This document shows, piece after piece, positions 41,501 to 49,724 of a stretch of 64,000 nucleotides of DNA (position 1 is its first letter; each line of letters starts with the position of its first letter). A program made the translations under genes and the position numbers. The notes beneath the pieces were generated by a model, which saw nothing but the letters and a program-made list of their open reading frames with translations, ran no database searches and was not told the DNA's origin. The stretch comes from an uncultured bacterium (lineage in GTDB: Bacteria > Chloroflexota > UBA5177 > JANWHV01), in NCBI GenBank assembly GCA_963827235.1, contig CAWHAE010000010.1, positions 576,001-640,000 on the forward strand, given 5' to 3'.

Positions 41501-41583
41501 AGGCGGAAGGGGATGTGGCATTTCCGCTGCCGGCGGCGGCCTCGCACTCTCCGGCATACAGCATAGTCTTCCAGCGGTCGTAG
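38554..41583 (+). CDS. DUF2298 (Chlor_Arch_YYY) membrane protein with two C-terminal DUF4352-like Ig domains
   Basis: LPDRGY..SK, EKPMDF, PPPDLWY...NYYYLG, ITEFP...DLHPH, NSWD, RLNTVFKLYYQ, VGW..HE..WR; two YL.L...RN...LLDP...G.VAF repeats. Confidence 0.9.
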   Translation: MLADMASVLQTLNGDWLRLLLTIELLGLAATPLAALLFGALPDRGYGLSKPLGMLLVAVANWWLGSTIGAANFPWLLWLLCIALTGVSTWLLMRGLVQLPVRDLGWRRTVAAEEALFLLAFVGWAFVRALKPEIFTSEKPMDFMLLQTSGSTHSFPPPDLWYQGARVNYYYLGYAIFGMLGRMAGVDVRFGFDLYNVAIFALSCTAACALGAALTRRLLGGLGGTFFLMLAGDLQAVGQFWSQIQGGGLRLTGLDLWCSTRVIDGGCLGQHTITEFPAFSLLFADLHPHVMAIPFVLLVIGCAVHALLDPGAAAAPRAVRWTRLGIAALAAGSLFAINSWDYPTYLVVVLAAQFLAWWRRGDGSRTWPRLLEIAAIVPLSVLFYFPYLLTVHATTVFSMRYSVTSLGEMAAVLGGLLLPLLVFVAAQAGPRLWSPGRPAQESARRRDAEHLLTPRQVCCILCAFALGVALVCLPCRTDILFLTLAAGAACALLRPRGTDDGAVSAALLLVLVSMVVLSAADVVFLRDVFSAGPQYRLNTVFKLYYQGWILLATAVPVGIVSVARMLRARSRSLLLAVWCGLAAVLCTVLGAYSVEGVASQGNNLAPTSGLDGLAFVQHVEPDVYAAVQWVQTHTAPGDVIAEGEGMSYWNLDPDPSTWTSQISALSARPTIVGWPNDHEWLWRGGFASQAAGAKVLQRMNDADTLYTTTDPGTMIAILSRYDVRRVYVGPYERATYYAYGDTSGYMKFGRFLTPVFTRGAVSIFAVPDRLPDYVPSVPPVTSVLPVLQASSLRVDSSRTAGAPAGQSYLVLQLQVRNATAKPLSFTLDDLFLLDPSTKQHYAVALDPDVAASQLEPGTVAPHAVVSGDVAFAVDDSALRAQSFSVVFKYVPQRAGPPVAPVLPAMIASDLRVDARSRASGLAPGQVYLLVHVLLRNKTQKTLQFTPANIVLLDPETGTKYAAGLDPTIRATALQAGSIPPSGQAEGDVAFPLPAAASHSPAYSIVFQRS

Positions 41584-41612
41584 CACCCGTCGAAGAATGG
41601 AGCACGCGTCGC

Positions 41613-43694
41613 ATGGTGCATCTTGACCTTCTCGTACAGTTCGCGCTCCTCGCCCTCCTTTGCACGCTCGTGCTTTGGCTACCCATGCCAAGGCGGATCG
41701 CCGCCGGGAGCCAAATCGGGCGGTCCATTGCCGACCGCTTGATGCGTGTTCTTCGAAGTGTGCGCCGCGCCGGACCGGATCAGACGGAGACTGCATCCGA
41801 ACCCTCCGAAGCGGTCATCCACCCTGACACGGCGCAGCCGATCGCAGCCCTGGCGGAGCCGCTTGCCTGTCCCGCCTGCGGGGCCTCGCTGCGCTTTTGT
41901 CCGTGCTGCGGCATGGCGCTGTCCGTCGCGACGCGGCCTGCCAGCCCGCGCAGGCTTCGTGTGTCGACGTGGCTGCGGCGTCGCGGCGTCGCGGTGGCGG
42001 CCGGGTGGAGTTGGGGCACTGCCCCGTTTCGATCGGCCTTCGTCGCGGCCGGCGACGATCTCGCCGCCATGCCGTGGTGGCGGGCACCCGCGGCCGCCTG
42101 GGTACTGCGCATCGCCCTGCCGATCGCAGTTGTCCTGTCGGCCTGTGCGCTGAGGGTGATCAACCTCTCCAGCGTCCCGCTTGGATTCTTCTGTGACGAG
42201 GCATCCAACGGGCTGGACGCGTACCACATCGGACGCGGGCTGCACGACCAGTTCGGCGCCCTCCTACCGGCCTTCTTCCAGGCCGGCGGCGACTGGCGCG
42301 GCGGATTCCACATCTACTTCGAGGTGCCCTTTGTCTGGCTCTTCGGCCCGACGGTGTTCGCCGATCGCGTGGGTTCGGCGGTGGAGGGCACCCTCACCAT
42401 CGGCTTGACGTACCTCTTCGTGAGCAGGGCGATCAACAAGCCCGTCGCGCTCATCGCGGCCCTGCTCATTGCGGTCTCGCCCTGGCACGTGTTGATCAGC
42501 CGCATGGGGTTTGAAGCAGCAAGCTTGCCATTCGCGACAGCGCTGAGCCTGGTGTGCCTGTTCTACGGCCTAGAGCGCCCGCGCGTTCTCGCGCTGGCCT
42601 ATGTCTGCAGCGCGCTGGCCATCTACACGTACCAACCGGCCAAGATGTTCATACCTCTGCTCGTACTGGCCTGGTCGGCACTCTACTGGCCGTTCATCCG
42701 GCGGGCAGGCCGGGTCGCGTTCGGCGGGATCGCTGCAGCGGCCGTGCTGCTCTATCCCTGCATTCCGGCGGTATTCGACGGACACTTCTTCGCGCGTATG
42801 AACGATTACGCCGGCGGCTCGCCGAGCATCGGCCAGCGGCTGAGCACCTTTTGGACGAACTACCAGATCCACCTTTCGCCGTCCTGGCTGATCGACCAAT
42901 CGACCGACGTTATCTTGCGCCACTACGTCTTCGGCTACGGCATGCTCTATACCTTCGAATGGCCGTTACTGCTCGTCGGTCTGGCCACGCTCGTCCTCCG
43001 CCACCGGCGGGCCGACCTGCTCTGCCTGGCCTGGGTGGCGATATATCCGGTTGCCTGCGCGGTGGTAGCGCCGCCGCAGGTCAACCGATCGATTGACGGC
43101 GTTATAGTGCTGCATGTCGCGGTGGCGCAAGGGGCCTGGACATGCCTGGTCCTCGGCCTGGCGCTCCTCCGGCAGCTCCATGTAGGGAGTACCTTGCGGG
43201 CAGGGCTGGCAGTGCTGGCCCTTGTCATCGGTCTTGGTGGTGTCTGCTCCGCCTCGGCAACGTTCATGCACGCCTATCTGGTGACGTATCCGCGCTACTC
43301 GTCGGGCTGGTGGGGCTGGCAGTGGGGCATGCAGCAGTTCCTCGCGGATTACGAAGCGCACCGCAGCCGGTTTGACGTGCTCTACTACGACGGGGATCAG
43401 TTCAACAACTCCTGGGAACTGCAGGACTTCTTTACCGTGGGCGATCCCGCAGCCTGCGCGACCTGCTCCGGCCTCGACATCGGCTACAACGCCAAGACCG
43501 CGATCGGCAGCCACTATCAGCCGCGCCAGCGTGCGTTGTGGGTGCTGACGCCAGACTCCTATGCCGCATCGCCTCTGCGCAACGTGCCTCACCAGGTCGT
43601 GACGACGCTGCGCTATCCAGACGGCTCCCCGGCTTGGGTGTACGTCGCCACGGGGCCGGGCTTTCCGACCCGATCAGGCGAGGGCTGGCCGTGA
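41613..43694 (+). CDS. GT-C fold glycosyltransferase (GT39/ArnT-like) with N-terminal CxxC/CxxC ribbon
   Basis: LRVINLSSVP.GFFCDEASNGLDAY...D.FG, SPWHV.ISR..FEA, YTYQPAK, WQWG; CPACG..RFCPCCG at 41868-41912. Confidence 0.88.
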   Translation: MVHLDLLVQFALLALLCTLVLWLPMPRRIAAGSQIGRSIADRLMRVLRSVRRAGPDQTETASEPSEAVIHPDTAQPIAALAEPLACPACGASLRFCPCCGMALSVATRPASPRRLRVSTWLRRRGVAVAAGWSWGTAPFRSAFVAAGDDLAAMPWWRAPAAAWVLRIALPIAVVLSACALRVINLSSVPLGFFCDEASNGLDAYHIGRGLHDQFGALLPAFFQAGGDWRGGFHIYFEVPFVWLFGPTVFADRVGSAVEGTLTIGLTYLFVSRAINKPVALIAALLIAVSPWHVLISRMGFEAASLPFATALSLVCLFYGLERPRVLALAYVCSALAIYTYQPAKMFIPLLVLAWSALYWPFIRRAGRVAFGGIAAAAVLLYPCIPAVFDGHFFARMNDYAGGSPSIGQRLSTFWTNYQIHLSPSWLIDQSTDVILRHYVFGYGMLYTFEWPLLLVGLATLVLRHRRADLLCLAWVAIYPVACAVVAPPQVNRSIDGVIVLHVAVAQGAWTCLVLGLALLRQLHVGSTLRAGLAVLALVIGLGGVCSASATFMHAYLVTYPRYSSGWWGWQWGMQQFLADYEAHRSRFDVLYYDGDQFNNSWELQDFFTVGDPAACATCSGLDIGYNAKTAIGSHYQPRQRALWVLTPDSYAASPLRNVPHQVVTTLRYPDGSPAWVYVATGPGFPTRSGEGWP

Positions 43695-43717
43695 GTCGGC
43701 CCGGGGCGGTGTAACAG

Positions 43718-44056
43718 GTGGCGTTCCCGCTGCAGCTTGCGCTGATTGCCGCGCTCTGCGTGGTCGTGTTGATCGCACCCGTGCCCGAGCGCTGGCGGCA
43801 TCTCCGCCCGGAGTGGCCGGGACGCTCGCGCTTGGCGCCTCCGCATCCGGCACACCGGAAGCCGTTCCGACAGCGGTCCCGATGGTGGTGGTTTCTGGTG
43901 CCTTTCCCCGTGCTGCGCGTCTGGTGGCAAGCGTGGTGGGCAGCACGCCGTGCTAGCCGGAAGCGTCCATCGACTCCAGGACCGCGTTGGGACGGCTACG
44001 CAGCGTTGTTGGTTGGCGCGGCCTGCGCTGCAGCGCTCCTGCTGGGTGGCCGCTGA
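43718..44056 (+). CDS. Small membrane protein translationally coupled to the downstream DUF2298 gene
   Basis: Hydrophobic N- and C-termini; TGATG stop/start overlap at 44054-44058; N-terminus resembles that of the 41613 protein. Confidence 0.5.
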   Translation: MAFPLQLALIAALCVVVLIAPVPERWRHLRPEWPGRSRLAPPHPAHRKPFRQRSRWWWFLVPFPVLRVWWQAWWAARRASRKRPSTPGPRWDGYAALLVGAACAAALLLGGR

Positions 44057-47000
44057 TGGGCCTGATCGCCGTGCTCGGCCTTGCCCTATGCTGCTTCTAT
44101 GCCGGTGTGCGACTGGGCCCGGTTTGGCATGCCGACGCGCGGCGCGTGCTTCGGCGGCTCCGGGGACACGGGGAGCCCGGTGCCGGAGGATCCCGGCGCG
44201 TCGTTGGGGCGCTCATCGGCCTGCTGGCGATTGCTTGGTGGCTGCGCGCGCTCGGGCCCTCGCTCCACGGGTTCGATCCCGGCCGGGGCAGCATCGTCAA
44301 CGCTGACGAGGTAACGATCGGCGACGGTATCGGCGGCCTGGTGCCCAACCTGCACTATCCGACCAGCCTGGCCGATTTCTTGCGTCCCGATAGCCACTGG
44401 AATCCGGCCGTTGCGGCTTCATGGTGGGCTGCCCCATCCGCGGGCCATGCGCTGCATGATCCGGCGGGTTTCGCCTATGGCTCGCTGCCGCTGTACTTGA
44501 CCAAGCTGTTTGCCTCCCTGCTGGCATGGCTGGGCGCCCACTTCGGGCTCTTTGCCACCTGGCAGCACGCCAGCCCGGTCCTGGCTGGCCGAGTGCTTTC
44601 GGGCCTGTGCGGCGCTGCTACCGTCTACCTCGTATTCTGCCTCGCACGCCGACTGGCGGGCTCGCGGACCGCCCTCTTTGCCGCGGCTCTGGCAACCTTC
44701 GCCGTCCTATCTATTCAGGTAGCTCACCTGAGCACGAACGAGGCCTTCCTGGCGCTGTGTACCACCGGAACGGTGCTCGCCAGCGTGGGTTTTGCACAGC
44801 GCGGTACGTGCAGGGCAATCGCGGTGGCAGGCGTCTGGCTGGCAGCGGCGCTTGCCACGAGCATCTTTGCCGCACCGCTCGTCCTTACCGTGGGCGCAGC
44901 GGTGATCTGGCGCTGGCTGTCCGACCGCCGCTGGCAGGCTCGAGCGTCAGTGCTGGGGCAGGTTTGCCTTGCCGCCCTGACATGGCTGTGCGCCTCGTTC
45001 GTGTTCCAACCCTATGCCTTTCTCGATTCCGGTACCTTCAGCGCCGCCGTGCGTGCGCAACTGGATACTGCCGGCGGCGCGCAGATCAGCGGAAGCGCTT
45101 TGGTCTGGCACGATACGGCAGCACTGATGTTCCCTGCCCAACAATTGGCGCGATTTGGCCTTGGCGTGCCGCTGGCCCTCCTGGCGGCAGCGGGCCTTGT
45201 CTTTGCCTCCGTCTGTCTCTTTTGGCCGGCGCGACGAGCGGCAGGGCTAGTGGCCTGGTTTGTGCTGAGCGACTTCCTGGTGATTGGTGATCTGTACGTC
45301 AAGGACGTGCGCTTGCTGGAGCCGATCGTACCTGCGCTTTGCGTCCTGGCAGCGCTCCCTGTCGGCGCGCTGGCCGGGCACGGTGGCCGGCTGGTCCATG
45401 CCGCCGGGGTGCTCGGGGGTGGCGCGGTCCTGCTGCTGACGACAGCCTATGGGCTGGCCTATACACACATCTCCAGCGTGCCGCCCACGCGCGTGCAAGC
45501 GTCAGACTGGATCTGCGCGCACGTGCCTGTCGGCACGCGGATATTCGATGACGCGCAGGACTTTCAGTTACCGCTCGGCTGTTCAAACGGGCGGACCTAC
45601 ACCTCGCTGGATGTGCCCGGTCTGTGGAGTGAGACCTACAGCGATGATTCGCAGTCCAAGGTGGCGCAGCTGGCCGCGCCGCTGGCGGAAGCAGCGTACT
45701 TCATCAGCAGCAGCGGCCGTCCCGCTGCCACCGCCGCGGCCGACCCGCAGCGCTTTCCTTACTCAATACGATTCTACGCTCTGATGCTGGGCGGCAAGGC
45801 GGGTCGCGAGAACGGCCTGGGCTATTCGACGGTAGCGACCTTCGCGGTGCACCCAGAGCTGGGCCCTTGGGTGGACGACGAGAGAAACGTACACGAAACG
45901 GCGACGGAGCCCGATCATCCCACGGTAATGGTGTTGGCGAACACCGGGCGTCTTTCCGCGGCGGCGATTGCCGAGGTGTTGACCGATCACGGCCGGATCG
46001 GCGATCCGACCAATCCCGTCGAGCAAGTGGCTCGCCCTGCCAAGTCCCTGCTGCTGACGGCCAGTGAGCTGCGCAGCGATCAACACGGACAGACCTATGC
46101 CGCGATGTTCCCGGCGAACGGCCTGCCCATGCGCTTCCCGATTCCCGCCTGGTGGCTGATGGTGGAGGTGTTGGGACTCCTGGCGTTGCCAATCAGCATG
46201 CGGCTGTTCAGCCGGCTGGGCGATTGCGGCTTTGCCATGTCCAAGACGGTCGGGATCTTGTTACTCTCCTGGTGCGCGTGGATTCTACCCAGCATGCATT
46301 GGGCCGACTACAGCCGGGCTGAGATCGCCCTCTGTCTACTGCCCGTGGCCGCCCTCTCACTTGGCTGGGGCGTGCGGCTGCGCGACATCCCCTGTATCCT
46401 GCGGCCGCGCCTCGTCGCCGTGGTGCTGAGCGAAGGCGCGTTCATCGTCGGCTACCTCTTTTTCGTCTGGCTCCGAGCGATCTATCCGGACTTCGGGCAC
46501 AGCTTCGACATCGGCGAAAAGACGATGGACTTCTCGTTCCTCAACGCCATCGTGCGGAGCTCGACGCTGCCACCGCTCGACCCGTGGTTCAGCGGCGGCT
46601 ACCTCAACTACTACTACTACGGCCATTTCACGGTCGCCACGCTGCTTAAGCTGGCTGGTATTGCTCCGACAATCGCCATCAACCTGGCGATGCCGACTTT
46701 CTTCGCCCTGACCCTGGCGTCCTGCATCTCGCTGGCCTACAGCCTGATTCGGCGCATCCCGTTTGCCCTGCTGAGCGGCAGTCTCGCCCTGCTTGCCGGC
46801 AATATGTATGGCGGCCAGGTGATGATCGGTGATCTGCAGGCAGCCAGCCCACTGCAGAGCCAGCTGCATCCACCGTCCGCCGCTGGTAGCAGCGTGCCGG
46901 TGGTCGGTCCAGTCATCGACCTCCTGTCCTACTCCTGGTCTGTGCTCGCCGGTCTCGTCCAGGGCGCCTGGGCGGCGTTGCTCGGACTGGGACAGGTGTT

Positions 47001-48984
47001 CCTGGGACACCAGGGCCTGCCGTGGTACCCGTTCCGCAGCTGGGCCTGGGACGGCTCTCGATTCGACGGCGGCGTGATCACGGAATTTCCCTACTGGACG
47101 TTCCTCTACGGCGATCCGCACGCGCACCTCTGGGACATGCCCTTCGCGCTCTGTATCGTGGGCATGGCCTGCACGTTTCTGCACGGCACGATGGGAACGG
47201 TGGCCTGTCCGCTGGCCGAGGGACGCGCCGTGAGTGAGGTCGATGAGTCACCGTCCCTGCTGCCGGGCCTGCGCCTCATCGTATGGCCGGTCATCGGCGT
47301 CGTATTGGGTGCGCTCGGGCCGACCAACACCTGGGACCTGGCGGGCGCATTTGGCATCCTGGGCCTGGCCATCGCGGCCTGGTCGTTCCGGACCGGTGCC
47401 GGCTGGCTGCGCACCGGCTGGGCGACCGGCTGGCGGCTGGGTGTCCTGGTGGTACTGGCATTGGGTGGACTCAAGCCGATCATTCCCTTCGGCCTATACC
47501 GGCCATTCTACGATCACTTCTTCTCCTTCTACGACCGGTACGGATGGACCATTCTCCGGCACCAGACCCCTCTGCACGACTTCGCCACCTACTGGGGCTT
47601 GCCGCTTTACATTCTGACGGCCTACCTGCTGGTCTGCTTCTGGCAGGATACGAATCTGGCGCGGCGACTGCGGCACGACTGCCGCGTGGCCGCCTTCCGC
47701 TGCTACTATTGGGAGCGACGTGCGGACCTGCCCCGCTACTTTGCCCTGGCGCGGCGGCGCGTGCCCCCTGAGCCCGAGCCTGGATCGAGTCCCAGCCGAT
47801 CGGGCGATCGCGCCGTGATATTCCTCGCCGCCATGGCAGCTTCCCTGCTCTTCGCGCATGCGGGCCTGATCGTGCTTGCCGGTCTCGCGCTACTTGCTGC
47901 CGCCGCCCTCCTCGCGCGAGGTCCCGTGTGGACCACCTGCCTGCTGGGCGCCGGCGGGGCAGCCGGCCTTCTGGTGATCGACTACTTGGTACTGGCCTGG
48001 CTATCCGGTCTGATCGGTCTGGCCGTGCTGCTGCTGATCGACCGCGCGGACGAACACGACGACCGGGAGGTGTTCCTGCATCTCCTGATAATCATGGGCC
48101 TGTTGATAGCCGCCGCGGCGGAGATTATCTACGTGGTGGACTTCAACGATGCCGACCCGCTGCTCTTCCGCAGCAACACGGTGTTCAAGCTCTACGAGGA
48201 TGCCTGGCTACTGCTGAGCATCTGCGCCGGCGTCGGGCTGGCACGCCTGCTTGCACCGTTTCTGATGCGCTTCAGGTGGGGGCGTCCTCGAGCCCCCCGG
48301 GTGCAGCACGCGTTACCGGCAAGCAGCCGCCCGGGCTTGGTCGGCTGGGCCTGGGTGGGTGGTCTCGTCCTCCTGCTCTCCGCGGCTGCACTCTATCCGC
48401 TACGCATGACGCCCGAGCGCCTCGACGAGCGCACCACGGCGTGGCCCGCACTGGCCTCAGCGCACATCGGCCTCACGCTGGACAGCCTGGCCTTCATGCC
48501 TGCCGTCTATCCCGACGACTACGCGGCAATCGAGTGGTTCAACCAGACCGTTCGCGGCAGCCCCGTGGTGTTGCAGAGCGATCATGGGTTCTTCACCAAC
48601 ATGTCGGCGAGAATCACCATGTACACCGGTCTCCCGAGCGTCGTGAACTGGAACTTCGAGGTCGGCCAGCAGCACTACAGTGGGCAGAAGGCCGCGAACG
48701 GGTCGTGGTACCCGGACGAAGTGGGCGCGCGCGCGCGGGACGTGGACCTGATTTACAGCACTCCGAACGCGCAGGTGGCCCTGAATCTGCTCCATCGCTA
48801 CCAGGTCACCTACATCTGCGTAGGTAGCCAGGAGCGCGGCGATCCGAACCTGGCCGGCGACGCGGGCAACTTCCACGGCTATCCTGCCGACGGTCTGGCC
48901 AAGTTCGCGCGCATGGTGGGCCTGCACGAGCTGGCCCTGGTGTTCACGCACGGCAGCATGCAGGTATACCGAGTGCTGGTCTGA
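44056..48984 (+). CDS. GT39-like + DUF2298 (YYY) fusion membrane protein
   Basis: N-terminal NADE...FAYGSLPLYL GT-C domain; C-terminal GEKTMDF, PPLDPWFSGGYLNYYYYGH, ITEFP..TFLYGDPHAH, NTWD, RSNTVFKLY, DYAAIEW. ATG at 44056 preferred over the track start at 43987. Confidence 0.9.
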   Translation: MGLIAVLGLALCCFYAGVRLGPVWHADARRVLRRLRGHGEPGAGGSRRVVGALIGLLAIAWWLRALGPSLHGFDPGRGSIVNADEVTIGDGIGGLVPNLHYPTSLADFLRPDSHWNPAVAASWWAAPSAGHALHDPAGFAYGSLPLYLTKLFASLLAWLGAHFGLFATWQHASPVLAGRVLSGLCGAATVYLVFCLARRLAGSRTALFAAALATFAVLSIQVAHLSTNEAFLALCTTGTVLASVGFAQRGTCRAIAVAGVWLAAALATSIFAAPLVLTVGAAVIWRWLSDRRWQARASVLGQVCLAALTWLCASFVFQPYAFLDSGTFSAAVRAQLDTAGGAQISGSALVWHDTAALMFPAQQLARFGLGVPLALLAAAGLVFASVCLFWPARRAAGLVAWFVLSDFLVIGDLYVKDVRLLEPIVPALCVLAALPVGALAGHGGRLVHAAGVLGGGAVLLLTTAYGLAYTHISSVPPTRVQASDWICAHVPVGTRIFDDAQDFQLPLGCSNGRTYTSLDVPGLWSETYSDDSQSKVAQLAAPLAEAAYFISSSGRPAATAAADPQRFPYSIRFYALMLGGKAGRENGLGYSTVATFAVHPELGPWVDDERNVHETATEPDHPTVMVLANTGRLSAAAIAEVLTDHGRIGDPTNPVEQVARPAKSLLLTASELRSDQHGQTYAAMFPANGLPMRFPIPAWWLMVEVLGLLALPISMRLFSRLGDCGFAMSKTVGILLLSWCAWILPSMHWADYSRAEIALCLLPVAALSLGWGVRLRDIPCILRPRLVAVVLSEGAFIVGYLFFVWLRAIYPDFGHSFDIGEKTMDFSFLNAIVRSSTLPPLDPWFSGGYLNYYYYGHFTVATLLKLAGIAPTIAINLAMPTFFALTLASCISLAYSLIRRIPFALLSGSLALLAGNMYGGQVMIGDLQAASPLQSQLHPPSAAGSSVPVVGPVIDLLSYSWSVLAGLVQGAWAALLGLGQVFLGHQGLPWYPFRSWAWDGSRFDGGVITEFPYWTFLYGDPHAHLWDMPFALCIVGMACTFLHGTMGTVACPLAEGRAVSEVDESPSLLPGLRLIVWPVIGVVLGALGPTNTWDLAGAFGILGLAIAAWSFRTGAGWLRTGWATGWRLGVLVVLALGGLKPIIPFGLYRPFYDHFFSFYDRYGWTILRHQTPLHDFATYWGLPLYILTAYLLVCFWQDTNLARRLRHDCRVAAFRCYYWERRADLPRYFALARRRVPPEPEPGSSPSRSGDRAVIFLAAMAASLLFAHAGLIVLAGLALLAAAALLARGPVWTTCLLGAGGAAGLLVIDYLVLAWLSGLIGLAVLLLIDRADEHDDREVFLHLLIIMGLLIAAAAEIIYVVDFNDADPLLFRSNTVFKLYEDAWLLLSICAGVGLARLLAPFLMRFRWGRPRAPRVQHALPASSRPGLVGWAWVGGLVLLLSAAALYPLRMTPERLDERTTAWPALASAHIGLTLDSLAFMPAVYPDDYAAIEWFNQTVRGSPVVLQSDHGFFTNMSARITMYTGLPSVVNWNFEVGQQHYSGQKAANGSWYPDEVGARARDVDLIYSTPNAQVALNLLHRYQVTYICVGSQERGDPNLAGDAGNFHGYPADGLAKFARMVGLHELALVFTHGSMQVYRVLV

Positions 48985-49649
48985 GGCCAGGCATACCAGG
49001 ACCGCGAGCATCCGGCGTATCGTCCAACTGGATACACGAGGCCGGACCAGCTGTCCGTTGTCCCTGGCGCGGGCGCCCTCCGGATTTTGCCAGCAGGGTC
49101 AGGAGTCGTGAGGCGTCACAGGCACGGTCACTGCAAGTCGCCCGGAACGTGCGTCCCGGCGTGGCTTGCCTTTAGCGGTGCGGACGAGGCTGCATGCTGT
49201 ACGGGATGTCCCGCAACATGCTCAAGGTCGCCGGCGCACGCGGCATCAGTGCATGCGTTCGCGCAGCATTGCCGACGGCGCGGGTCGGAGCATGCGCGTG
49301 CTCGGCACTGCTGGAGAAGCGCGACCGAGGGGACGCGACGCGGCCCCAGGTGTGCACGAGCGCGGCGTGGTGCGCGGTGTCATTGCAGCGCGAGTTCGAC
49401 GGCCGAATCAAGGCAGACGGTTCGCTATATAGCTCTGGGAGACTGTACGAGACTACCACGTCGAGGAAACTGCCAGGCCATAGAAGAAGACCGCGCCGCG
49501 GTTTTGCGGCTCCAGGGAGACAGTCCCACATCGCCTGGCAACCTTCGAACCGCGCTGGGAGAGCGTCCCACACAACCTTACATACGCCAGGCGACAGTGG
49601 TAGGCAGCGAAGACCGCTCCGTAGCATCACCGTGACAGGGAGAAAGACG

Positions 49650-49687
49650 CACATCGCCCGGCAACCCCGAGGTTGCCGGGCGATGTG
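49650..49687 (-). terminator. Intrinsic terminator hairpin between convergent genes
   Basis: 17-bp perfect stem CACATCGCCCGGCAACC / GGTTGCCGGGCGATGTG with a 4-nt loop, followed by CGTCTTTCT on the minus strand. Confidence 0.75.
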
Positions 49688-49724
49688 ACCGGGCCGCTTA
49701 GCCCGTCATGCTTCCGCGTGGTAC

